Assembly (NCBI GenBank): GCA_963715985.1
Contig: CAVQSP010000013.1
Location: forward strand, 1 to 64,000
DNA length: 64,000 bases
Source of the DNA: an uncultured Thermoleophilia bacterium
Lineage (GTDB): Bacteria > Actinomycetota > Thermoleophilia > UBA2241
Reading direction: 5' to 3'
Shown piece by piece: positions 41,418 through 49,973 of the stretch. Positions within the stretch are counted from its first letter, which is position 1, and every line of letters starts with the position of its first letter. Position numbers and translations under genes: made by a program. Under the pieces are notes generated by a model. The model was not told where the DNA came from. It was given only the letters and a program-made list of their open reading frames with translations, and ran no database searches.

Positions 41418-41999
41418 TCAGTAGGGCTGCGCCTGGCAGGAGCAGCTGTCGGACTGGCACGAGCAGGAGGACACGCTCTGGCACGTGCACTGCGCGTTGC
41501 ACGAGCATGTGCCCCCTCCGCCGCCTCCCCCTCCGGAGTCGGACACGCAGCTGCACGCGGCCACCGCCTCGCAGGTGCACACCTGGTTGCAGGAGCACAC
41601 CAGGTTGCACGTGCAGATCGTACCTCCGAAGGCGTCCTTGCCGGTGAGCCTGGTCTTGGTGGTGTGGGCACGCGTGACCTTGCCGGGCTTGTCCGTCTTC
41701 TTGGGGACCTTCTTGGGGCCGGACACCCTCTTGGAGGGGTCCTCGGGCGCGATGAACACGCCCGGCTCAGGGTACTGGTACTCGGGCTCCGGAGCGCTCC
41801 AGTGCAGGACCTCGGGCGAGGCGTCAGAGCTGGGCGTCGCGCTCGCCGACGAGCCCAGGAGGTCGTCGGGGGCGCTCTCGCCGCTGCGCAGGGCCGCCCA
41901 CTCCACGGGAGCGTCGCTCTCGTAGATGGCGAGCTTGGGCGGCTCGTACTCTTGCGGGGCGGCCGCGCTCAGACCGTCGCCGGGCTGCTCGTCGGACAC
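41418..41999 (-). CDS. Cys-rich putative RiPP precursor (193 aa; eight C-[S/T]-C motifs)
   Basis: SD GGAGGAGGT before GTG 41999; leader YEPPKL; core after FGG is TICTCNLVCSCNQVCTCEAVAACSCVSDS-G8-TCSCNAQCTCQSVSSCSCQSDSCSCQAQPY. Confidence 0.8.
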   Translation of the reverse strand: MSDEQPGDGLSAAAPQEYEPPKLAIYESDAPVEWAALRSGESAPDDLLGSSASATPSSDASPEVLHWSAPEPEYQYPEPGVFIAPEDPSKRVSGPKKVPKKTDKPGKVTRAHTTKTRLTGKDAFGGTICTCNLVCSCNQVCTCEAVAACSCVSDSGGGGGGGGTCSCNAQCTCQSVSSCSCQSDSCSCQAQPY

Positions 42000-43345
42000 T
42001 GGATCACCTCCTCCAGCTGGTCCAGTGTGAGGCGCCGGTTGATGCCGCAGCGGGCCAGCACGGCCTCGTCGGCGCCGGCGTACATGCGCTTGGCCGGGCA
42101 GTCGCCGGCGCAGTGGTACTTGGCGAAGCAGCGCGAGCAACGCGGCGCCTCGTCGACCGTGAGGCGCCGCAGGGCGGCGACGCGGGCCGGGTCGAAGACG
42201 AAGGTGCGCGTCGCCGGGTCGTGGGCGCCGTAGATGAAGACGCCGGCGCGAGGGTCGTCACGGCCTGTGACTTCGTAACAGGCCGTCGCGTCGCCCTCGG
42301 TGGTGACGTTGAAGCTGGGCAGGCTGGCCTGGCAGAAGGTGCGGCAGAGCGAGCCCTGGTGGGCGCCGGAATAGGCGAGCTCGACGCCCAGGTCCGCGGC
42401 CTCGCGGCGGCAGGCCCGGAACGCCTCGACGAAGCGTGCCGCCGTGGGGGCCTGCAGCCCGCTGCCCACCGAGCGCCCGCACATGAACAGCGGCTCGAGG
42501 TGGATGGTGCGCAGGCGGTAGGTCGTGGCGAGGTGGTGCACGGTCTCGGCGGCGTGATCGAGGGCCTCGGCGGTGCAGGTGAGGCGCACGCCGAGGACGG
42601 CGTCGCTCTCCGACAGGCGGGCCAGCGTGCGCTCCACGGCAGCCGAGGAGGGGCCGCCGCCGGGGCGCGGCCGCAGGCGGTCCTGGACCTCCGGCGGTCC
42701 ATCCACCGACACCATCACCGAGGTCATGGTGGCGGCCAGGTAGTCGCGCATCTCGTCGTTCATCACGCCGTTGGTGGCAGTGCCGGTGCTGAGCCGCAAG
42801 CCCTGCGCGTCGCACGCCCGCCGGGCGTGATCCACGCTGCGCCGCAGCGTATCGCCGGCGAGGGTGGGCTCGCCGCCGCCGTGGAAGGAGAGGCGGACCT
42901 CGGGTCTGCCCTGCGCGACGGCGTTGGCGACGACCAGGTCGACGGCGTCGACGGCGACCTCGGGATCGAGGAAGCGGCTGTGATCGCCGCCCGAGGCGTA
43001 GCAGTACACGCAGCGCAGGTTGCAGGCGCTGGTGAGGAAGAGCGTGACCTCGGTGGGCGCCGGCACTTCCGGCGGCGAGCTCGTGCGGTCCGCCGCGCCC
43101 CCGCCCTGCTCCGCCGGCGCCTCCCCGTCCCCGGTCCTGCTGATGACCTCGAGGTCCTCCAGCAGGTCGAGGACCTCGCGGCTGCGCGCATCGCGTCTAA
43201 CGGTGCGCTCCGCGGCGATGTCGCTCAGCAGCGCCAGAGCCGCGTCGTTGACGACGACGCTGGTCTGAATGAGCGGTGCGTACACGAGGTGGCCCTCGGA
43301 GCGGGGCAGCGAGAAGACCTCGGTGGTGAGGTGGTACCTGGTCAC
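41969..43345 (-). CDS. Radical SAM/SPASM peptide maturase
   Basis: CNLRCVYC, FHGGGEPTL, SVDG; SPASM cysteines FCQAS..TACYE..CSRCFAKYHCAGDC..RC. Confidence 0.93.
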   Translation of the reverse strand: MTRYHLTTEVFSLPRSEGHLVYAPLIQTSVVVNDAALALLSDIAAERTVRRDARSREVLDLLEDLEVISRTGDGEAPAEQGGGAADRTSSPPEVPAPTEVTLFLTSACNLRCVYCYASGGDHSRFLDPEVAVDAVDLVVANAVAQGRPEVRLSFHGGGEPTLAGDTLRRSVDHARRACDAQGLRLSTGTATNGVMNDEMRDYLAATMTSVMVSVDGPPEVQDRLRPRPGGGPSSAAVERTLARLSESDAVLGVRLTCTAEALDHAAETVHHLATTYRLRTIHLEPLFMCGRSVGSGLQAPTAARFVEAFRACRREAADLGVELAYSGAHQGSLCRTFCQASLPSFNVTTEGDATACYEVTGRDDPRAGVFIYGAHDPATRTFVFDPARVAALRRLTVDEAPRCSRCFAKYHCAGDCPAKRMYAGADEAVLARCGINRRLTLDQLEEVIQCPTSSPATV

Positions 43346-43785
43346 GACTGCTCCTGCGAAGCGCCGGCGCGGGTGCCCGGCACGCCGCTCACCAGGCCCT
43401 GGGCGGCCAGCGTCGTGAGGCACGCGATGGCGTCGGTGCTGGCCGCGGCGGCGCGGAGGCCGTACGTCGTGCCGAGGACGCCGGCGATGTCGGTGACGGT
43501 GCGGCGTCCGTCGACGGCGCGCCACACCACGGCGGCCGAGCGGTTGAGGCGGAACACGGGGCCGTGCGGGTCCACGGGCATGGGGCGCAACTCGACGCCG
43601 CCGGCGCGTGCCACTTCGTGCAGGTTCTGGGCGCGGCGCGGACGCGCCGCGCCGACCGTCTGCACTCCGCCGGGCTGCCGGCTCCAGCCGCGCCCTAGCA
43701 GCGCGGCCGCCAGCACGCAGCCGCCGGCTACGATGAAGGTCTTCCTGGTGGTCCCCCAGCCTGCCCGCTCCATACCAGCGGCCAT
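43342..43785 (-). CDS. PqqD-family RiPP recognition element with N-terminal hydrophobic/Tat-like segment
   Basis: VFRLNRSAAVVWRAVDGRRTVTDIAGVL..DAIACLTTLAAQGLV; N-terminus TTRKTFIVAGGCVLAAALL; GTGA overlap with the rSAM gene. Confidence 0.85.
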   Translation of the reverse strand: MAAGMERAGWGTTRKTFIVAGGCVLAAALLGRGWSRQPGGVQTVGAARPRRAQNLHEVARAGGVELRPMPVDPHGPVFRLNRSAAVVWRAVDGRRTVTDIAGVLGTTYGLRAAAASTDAIACLTTLAAQGLVSGVPGTRAGASQEQS

Positions 43786-43992
43786 GCGTAACCCCCCGGT
43801 CCCTTGCGAGCGGGGCGATGACCCCGCGACTGCGACCAATCGTGGCCCCTGCCGCCTCTGGCGTCAAGGATTGCGAGACGGGGGACGATGAGAGTGATTG
43901 ACTTACGCTGGTCTTGGCGTAGAACGGGTATGCGAGTGTCAGTGAATGGGGTGCGACGCTCTGCCGTCGCTGAACAACGGGGGGTGGCGCTG

Positions 43993-45414
43993 ATGAGACC
44001 TCGATTCCGCAGTGAGGGCCTACTCGGCTCCGGCAGGCGCCGGCGGCCTCATCCTGAGGTGGCACTGGTCGCCGTGCTCGCGCTGGGGGTCCTCGCCTCA
44101 CTCATGGTGACGGCGGCTGCAGGGGCGGCGACCGTGTCGAGGACGACGAAGGGGGTGGCCGTCCACCTGCGCGCCGTGTCAGGTGCGGCAGTCGCGCACG
44201 GCGCGGAGACGAGGGCGCGCGTGGGCAGCCTGCCGCGCCCGGCGACCCCTGGCCCGGGGGTCTCGTGGCTGGGCGGAAGAGCCGCAGTCAACACCGTCTT
44301 CTACGACGGCTCCGAGGGCAGCACTTCGCCGTGGACGGTGACGGGCAACCCGACGTGGGCCATCACAACCTACCGCGCGGCGGCCGGCACGCGTTCGTCG
44401 TACTGTGCCGGCTCGGCCGTCTCTGCACCCGGGCCCTACTTCAACAACATGGACGGCTGGCGCGTGGCCGGGCCGTTCGACCTGTCCACGCTCTCGTCGG
44501 CGACATTGCAGTTCCAGATGTACGAGGACACTCAAAGGGACAAGGATTGGCTCTGGTCGTTCGTCTCCACCAACGGTAGCGACTTCTACGGCTGGGGCGA
44601 GTCCGGCACCACCAATGGCTGGGTCTCGCGGAGCCGAGACCTCACAGCGGTCCCGACGCTGGGCAACGTCTGCGGCAAGAGTCAGGTGTGGATCGCCTTC
44701 GAGTTCACCAGCGATGCGTCCATCGTCGCCGAGGGTGTCTATGTGGACGAGGTCAGTGTCACGGGCACCGGCGGTGGCGGCAGCGGCCAGGCGGGCCTCG
44801 TCCTGGCCGCCGACGCCGAGGTCGTGCCCTACAACGGGTCGGTGAACCTCATCGGCGCCATCCTGGACGCCAACACCGGATCGCTGATCCCGGGCAAGGC
44901 CGTCGACGTGTACGCGACCCAGGAGAACTCGCTCACCCCGGACATCGTCTTCCTCGAGACCCTCACGTCCGCCACCGGCGAGTACACCACGAGGTGGAGC
45001 GGCATCCGGAAGCGCACCTACTTCCTCACATCGTTCCCCGGCGACACGGCGTATCCGGGGGAGATCTACAGCAACCTCGTCAAGGTCATGGCGCGCGCCA
45101 AGATCACCCCGCCGGCGGTGCCGTCCACGGTGCGCGCGTACTCGCGCGTCACGAGCTGGGGGACGATCAAGCCGCCGCACACCACCGCGCAGAACAAGTC
45201 GAGCCACACCAAGGTCATCGCGGAGCACTACCTGGGCGGCAGGTGGCAGTCCGTTCTCACGCTCTTCGCCAACAAGTACAAGAACACGCGTGCGGAGACC
45301 ATGTACGCCGTCACGGTCAGGTGGGCCCCCGGCAAGTGGCGCATCATGGCGGTGCACCAGGACGACGACCACGCCAAGTCGACTTCGTCGTGGAGGACGT
45401 TCACAGCCCGTTGA
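43993..45414 (+). CDS. Secreted/surface protein with jelly-roll-like domain
   Basis: Signal peptide; FYDGSEG..W, FDLSTLSSATLQF, IAFEFTSDAS..EGVYVDEVSV; basic beta-rich C-terminal domain. Confidence 0.7.
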   Translation: MRPRFRSEGLLGSGRRRRPHPEVALVAVLALGVLASLMVTAAAGAATVSRTTKGVAVHLRAVSGAAVAHGAETRARVGSLPRPATPGPGVSWLGGRAAVNTVFYDGSEGSTSPWTVTGNPTWAITTYRAAAGTRSSYCAGSAVSAPGPYFNNMDGWRVAGPFDLSTLSSATLQFQMYEDTQRDKDWLWSFVSTNGSDFYGWGESGTTNGWVSRSRDLTAVPTLGNVCGKSQVWIAFEFTSDASIVAEGVYVDEVSVTGTGGGGSGQAGLVLAADAEVVPYNGSVNLIGAILDANTGSLIPGKAVDVYATQENSLTPDIVFLETLTSATGEYTTRWSGIRKRTYFLTSFPGDTAYPGEIYSNLVKVMARAKITPPAVPSTVRAYSRVTSWGTIKPPHTTAQNKSSHTKVIAEHYLGGRWQSVLTLFANKYKNTRAETMYAVTVRWAPGKWRIMAVHQDDDHAKSTSSWRTFTAR

Positions 45415-45495
45415 CGCCGACCCCGGAGACCACGGTCACGCGCTGTCCGCGGAGGCCCACGTGAAGCTCTGCGCAGGGCCCCGGACGCATTCGCG

Positions 45496-45900
45496 GTGCT
45501 GAAGACACGCGTCTCCCTGCTCAACGACCTCGGCGTGTTCGCCAGCGCCGCCTGGTCCGAGGCGCTGCTCGCCTTCAGCCTGCTGATGGTCAACCAGGCC
45601 GCCAACGTCGGCTGCTACACGCTGTTCGCGCTCTCCGGGCGCACCGACCGCTGGCGCACCTTCGTCATCCTGCAGATCCTGGGCGGCTTCTTCGGCCTGT
45701 TCACGCAGCTCAGCTTCGCCGGCATGGTGCGCTACGCCGGCCTGCCGTTCGCCAACGCCGCGGGCATCGGCCTGGCCTTCGTCTCCGCCCAGGTCTTCAG
45801 CGCGGCGCTGATCCTGCACGAGCCCTTCTCCACCCAGCAGTGGGTGGGCACCGGGCTCGTGTTCGCCGGCGTGCTGCTGATCGCCGCCGGCGCCAAGTAG
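45496..45900 (+). CDS. Small 4-TM DMT/EamA/SMR-like membrane protein
   Basis: Hydrophobic; ILHEPFSTQQWVGTGLVFAGVLLI. Confidence 0.7.
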   Translation: MLKTRVSLLNDLGVFASAAWSEALLAFSLLMVNQAANVGCYTLFALSGRTDRWRTFVILQILGGFFGLFTQLSFAGMVRYAGLPFANAAGIGLAFVSAQVFSAALILHEPFSTQQWVGTGLVFAGVLLIAAGAK

Positions 45901-45925
45901 CGGACGGCGGCGCTCGAGAGTCGCC

Positions 45926-47365
45926 TTAGCGTCGCCAGAAGGCCGGTGTGAGCATGATCATGAGCGTGACCAGCTCGAGCCGCCCGGCGAGCATGTCGAA
46001 GGTGAGCGTGAGTTTGGCCGCCGGCGCCATCCAGAGGAAGTTGTCGTACGGGCCGACGTCGCCCAGCCCCGGCCCTACGCCACCCATCGCGGTCGCGACC
46101 GCCGAGAGAGCTGTGGCGAAGTCCGGTCCGGTGAGAGACACCACGCTCACGGAGACCACGTAGACCGCCAGATAGAGGCCCATGAACGCGGACACCGAGC
46201 GCATCATCTCGTTGGTCACCGGGCCGCCGTTGAGGCGCAGCTTGGTCACCCCGTACGGGTGCATCGTGCGGAAGAACTCGTGCACGGCCTGCTTGCCGAA
46301 GAGCAGCACGCGGATCGCCTTCATGGCGCCGGCCGTGGAGCCGGCGCACCCACCCATGAACAACAACATGAACAGGATGAACTGCGCGGCCGGCAGCCAC
46401 TTCTCGTAGTCGGCGGTCACGAACCCCGTGGTCGAAGCAAGCGACACCACGGTGAAGAACGCGTCGCGTATGGCCTGGTTCGCCGACACGCTGGATGTGG
46501 CCCACACGAGCGCGGCGATGAAGAAGCTCGAGCACAGGAGGATGGTGGTGTAGAAGCGCCACTCCGCATCCCTGAGGAAGCGGCCCGGTCTGCCGATGAC
46601 CAGGAACCAGTACAGCGAGAAGTTGGTCGAGGACAGCCAGAGGAAGAGGACGATGACCCACTCGATGTAGGCGCTGTGCCACCAGGCGATGCTCGTGTTC
46701 TTCGTGGAGAACCCCCCCGTGCCGATGGCGCCGAACATCTGGCAGAGCGCGTCGTACCAGTCCATGCCGCCGAGCATCAGCAGCACGGTGAGCGACACCG
46801 ACAGCGTGAGGTAGATGGTCCAGAGGATCCGCGCCGTACTGCTGATGCGCGGCCGCAGACGGTCGACCTCGAGCCCCGGAGCCTCCGCGCGGTACAGCTG
46901 CATGGCGCCGACGCCGAGCAGCGGGAGCAGGGCGACGAAGGCGACGAGGAAGCCCATGGCGCCGAGCCAGTGGGTGAAGCAGCGCCAGAAGAGGAGGCCC
47001 CTGGACATGGCCTCCACGTCGGGGATCACGCTCGAGCCGGTGCCGGAGAAGCCGCTCACCGTCTCGAACCAGGCGTTGACCGGGCCGAGCTGCCCGTCCA
47101 GGACGTAGGGGACCGAGCCGATCAGGCACACCAGCAGCCATCCCAGGGCCACGACGGCCAGGCCGTCGTGGCGCGTGAGGCTCGAGAGGTCTGTGCGGAA
47201 GAGGAAGAAGCCCGTCGCACCCAGGGCGGCGCCGATGAACATGGTCGTGGCGAACGCCTCCACCGTCTGGCCCTCGCCGTAGCCGACGGCGACCACCAGC
47301 GGCGCCGTCATCGAGGCGGTCGCGCCGAGCAGCAGGATGCTGAGCAGATAGGCCACCCGCCGCAT
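45926..47365 (-). CDS. trkH: Trk K+ uptake membrane subunit
   Basis: FETVSGFSGTGSS, GTGGFS, STTGF, GGCAGSTAGAMK, GVGPG and GRLE. Confidence 0.93.
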   Translation of the reverse strand: MRRVAYLLSILLLGATASMTAPLVVAVGYGEGQTVEAFATTMFIGAALGATGFFLFRTDLSSLTRHDGLAVVALGWLLVCLIGSVPYVLDGQLGPVNAWFETVSGFSGTGSSVIPDVEAMSRGLLFWRCFTHWLGAMGFLVAFVALLPLLGVGAMQLYRAEAPGLEVDRLRPRISSTARILWTIYLTLSVSLTVLLMLGGMDWYDALCQMFGAIGTGGFSTKNTSIAWWHSAYIEWVIVLFLWLSSTNFSLYWFLVIGRPGRFLRDAEWRFYTTILLCSSFFIAALVWATSSVSANQAIRDAFFTVVSLASTTGFVTADYEKWLPAAQFILFMLLFMGGCAGSTAGAMKAIRVLLFGKQAVHEFFRTMHPYGVTKLRLNGGPVTNEMMRSVSAFMGLYLAVYVVSVSVVSLTGPDFATALSAVATAMGGVGPGLGDVGPYDNFLWMAPAAKLTLTFDMLAGRLELVTLMIMLTPAFWRR

Positions 47366-47448
47366 CCCTCCCACAGTGGCGGGATGCAGGCCGGTCAGGC
47401 CGGCGACGACGGACGACCTCGGCTGGGCTGCCACGCGAAGCTGGACCT

Positions 47449-48798
47449 TCAGGCGGGGGCCAGCAGGCGCTGCAGCCGCGGGATCAGGGCCGGCCGGGCG
47501 AAGAGGACGACGCGGTCGCCGACCTCGATCACGGTGCCGGCGTCGGGCATGATCAGCTCCTGCTCGCGGACGATGGCGCCGACCATGGAACCGTGGGGCA
47601 GGTGCAGGAGCGCCAGAGGGAGCCCCACAATGCCGGCGCCCTCGGCGGCGACGAACTCGATGCCCTCCACGAGGTTCTCGCGCAGCGTCCGGATCGCGAG
47701 CACCTGTCCATGGCGGGCGACCTGGGTGATGGGGTTGAGCGCCGCCAAGAGCGGGCTCAGGACCACGTCCACGCCGATGGTGGAGGCGAACGGCATGTAC
47801 TCCGGCGTGTCGACCAGCGCCGCCACGCGGCGGGCCCCAAGGCGCTTGGAGAGGAGTGCCGCGAAGATGTTGTCGGTCTCGTTGCCCAGTGCGGCGATCG
47901 TCAGCTCCGCGCGCTGCACGCCCTCGTCCAGGAGCAGGCGCTCGTCCATGGCCTGACCGTTGAGGACGAGGGTGTCGTCCAGCAGGCCTGTGATCTGCTC
48001 GCACACGGCCGGGTCGCGCTCGATGATCCTGGTGTGCATTCCCTCGGCGGCAAGCCGGCGGGCGATGGACACGCCCTCCCAGCCGCCGCCGGAGACGATC
48101 ACGTTCCTCGTGCGCACCCAGCGCTTGCCCAGTCGCGCCAGGGCCGGGCGCACGGAGTCCCGCCCGGCCACCAGGAAGAGCGTGTCGCCGGCCATCAGGC
48201 GGATGTCGGCGGAGGGGGCGCTCACCATCTCCCCTCGGTACACGCCGGCCACCAGCAGCTTCTCGCCGTCGCGCCGCAGGAGAGCCTTGATGGACTTGCC
48301 GATCATGGGCGAATCGGCGTCCAGCGTGACGCCCACGGCCCTGACGCGGCCGCCGGCGAAGTCGAGCACGTCGGTCGCGCCAGGAGTGCTCGCCAAAGCG
48401 ACCGCCGCCCTCGCCACCTCCTCCTCGGGACTGATCACGAGGTCGATGCTGAGCGAGCTCTTGTCGATGATCCCGCTCGAGCCCAGGTAGGCCGGATCGT
48501 GCAGGCGCGCGACGCGGATGATCTTCTGCGCGACAGTCTCCGCGATGAGGCAGGCGACGATGTTGGTCTCGTCACTGCCCGTGACCGCGACCAGGATCTC
48601 CGCCGAGCGCAGGCCGGCCTCGAGGAGGGTGGACGGCGTGCTCCCCTTGCCCACCACGGCGCCGACGTCCATGGCGTCCTGCGCCCGGCGCAGGGCGTCC
48701 TCGTCCTCGCCCACCAGCACCACGTCGTGTCGCTCCTCGGAGAACTTGCGGGCGACGTAGAACGCGAGCGTGCCCGTGCCGACGACGATGATCCTCAC
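47449..48798 (-). CDS. trkA: Trk K+ uptake regulatory subunit, two-RCK form
   Basis: IIVVGTGTL, AVTGSDETN, ISPE and a second NAD-binding/RCK repeat. Confidence 0.9.
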   Translation of the reverse strand: MRIIVVGTGTLAFYVARKFSEERHDVVLVGEDEDALRRAQDAMDVGAVVGKGSTPSTLLEAGLRSAEILVAVTGSDETNIVACLIAETVAQKIIRVARLHDPAYLGSSGIIDKSSLSIDLVISPEEEVARAAVALASTPGATDVLDFAGGRVRAVGVTLDADSPMIGKSIKALLRRDGEKLLVAGVYRGEMVSAPSADIRLMAGDTLFLVAGRDSVRPALARLGKRWVRTRNVIVSGGGWEGVSIARRLAAEGMHTRIIERDPAVCEQITGLLDDTLVLNGQAMDERLLLDEGVQRAELTIAALGNETDNIFAALLSKRLGARRVAALVDTPEYMPFASTIGVDVVLSPLLAALNPITQVARHGQVLAIRTLRENLVEGIEFVAAEGAGIVGLPLALLHLPHGSMVGAIVREQELIMPDAGTVIEVGDRVVLFARPALIPRLQRLLAPA

Positions 48799-48829
48799 GT
48801 GCCCAGCCTCTGTCCGCGTGCCTGGACGC

Positions 48830-49540
48830 TCACTCGCCGGTGACCTCGATGGTGGCCTGCCTCTGCACGTCCTCCGGCTTGCGGCTGGGGAGGAAGATGC
48901 GGATGAGGTCCTTCTCCCTGCCCGGCGGCAGGACGCACAGGATCTGGTCGCCGGGCAGCAGCACCAGGTCGTCCCGCGGCAGGAGGGCGCCGCCTCCGCG
49001 CAGGACCGCCGCCAGCAGCACCCCGGGAGGCATGCGCATGTCGCTGATGGTGAGGTGAGCCGACGGCGAATCATCGCTCACCTCGATCTCCACCAGCTCG
49101 AGCTTCTCGTGCTTGAGGGACAGCAGCGGGACGAACTGGTGCGAGGGCAGCTCGTGCTGGATCATCGAGATGGTCATGGTCGCCGCGCAGAGCGTGGAGT
49201 CGACCTCGAGCAGGTCGAAGGTGCGCTGGTTCCGCGGGTTGTTGACGCGCGCCACCACCTTGGGCACGCCGTACTCCAGCTTGGCGAGCTGTGAGATGAC
49301 GAGGTTGTCCTCGTCGTCGCCGGTCACGGCCACGACGAGGTCGGCGCGGGCGATGCCGGCCTTCTCCAGCACCCACATCTCGGTGCCGTCGCCGAACAGC
49401 AAGCGGTCCTCGAGCTCCCCACGGAGCAGGGCGTAGCGGGAACGGCGCTGTTCGATGACCAGGTACTCGTGTCCGAGTTTGCCCAGACTGAGCCCCACGT
49501 TGAGTCCCACCTTGCCGCCGCCGACGATGATGACGAACAT
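48830..49540 (-). CDS. TrkA-family RCK protein (N+C domains)
   Basis: IIVGGGKVG, GDGTE and AVTGDDEDNLV. Confidence 0.9.
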   Translation of the reverse strand: MFVIIVGGGKVGLNVGLSLGKLGHEYLVIEQRRSRYALLRGELEDRLLFGDGTEMWVLEKAGIARADLVVAVTGDDEDNLVISQLAKLEYGVPKVVARVNNPRNQRTFDLLEVDSTLCAATMTISMIQHELPSHQFVPLLSLKHEKLELVEIEVSDDSPSAHLTISDMRMPPGVLLAAVLRGGGALLPRDDLVLLPGDQILCVLPPGREKDLIRIFLPSRKPEDVQRQATIEVTGE

Positions 49541-49542
49541 GC

Positions 49543-49965
49543 TCACTCCCCCCGGCCGGGGACGGGACAGGAGTGGATCGCGTCGACCATCGTGACCTCG
49601 GCGTCGTCGGTCGGGCAGACGGTGCGCAGTCCGAGTCGTGCGAACGCACGCGCCCGTCGTGGGTCGTACACGCGGGCCACGGCGCACGGGACCTCGAACG
49701 CCTTCTGCGCGATGAGCGCGCAGACGATGTTCGTGTTGTCACCGTCGGTGACCGCGGCGAACGCATCTGCCCCCTCGATGCCGGCCTTGCGCAGGACGTC
49801 CCAATCGATGGCCGCGCCCACGACGCGCTCGCCCGCGAAGTCGTCGCCCAGGAGTGTGAACGAGCGGCGGTCCTCGTCGATGATCACGACGTTGTGCCCC
49901 TCGTCCACGAGGCGTTTGGCCATGCTCGACCCGACCCGCCCGCACCCTGCGATGATCACGTACAT
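49543..49965 (-). CDS. TrkA-family RCK N-domain protein
   Basis: IIAGCGRVG, AVTDGDNTN and ARVYDPRRA. Confidence 0.88.
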   Translation of the reverse strand: MYVIIAGCGRVGSSMAKRLVDEGHNVVIIDEDRRSFTLLGDDFAGERVVGAAIDWDVLRKAGIEGADAFAAVTDGDNTNIVCALIAQKAFEVPCAVARVYDPRRARAFARLGLRTVCPTDDAEVTMVDAIHSCPVPGRGE

Positions 49966-49973
49966 CGCCGCCC

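Noticed and set aside
43342-43785. PQQ or lasso-peptide biosynthesis
   Set aside because: No pqqA/B/C and no lasso cyclase or transglutaminase-like peptidase; the precursor is Cys-rich.
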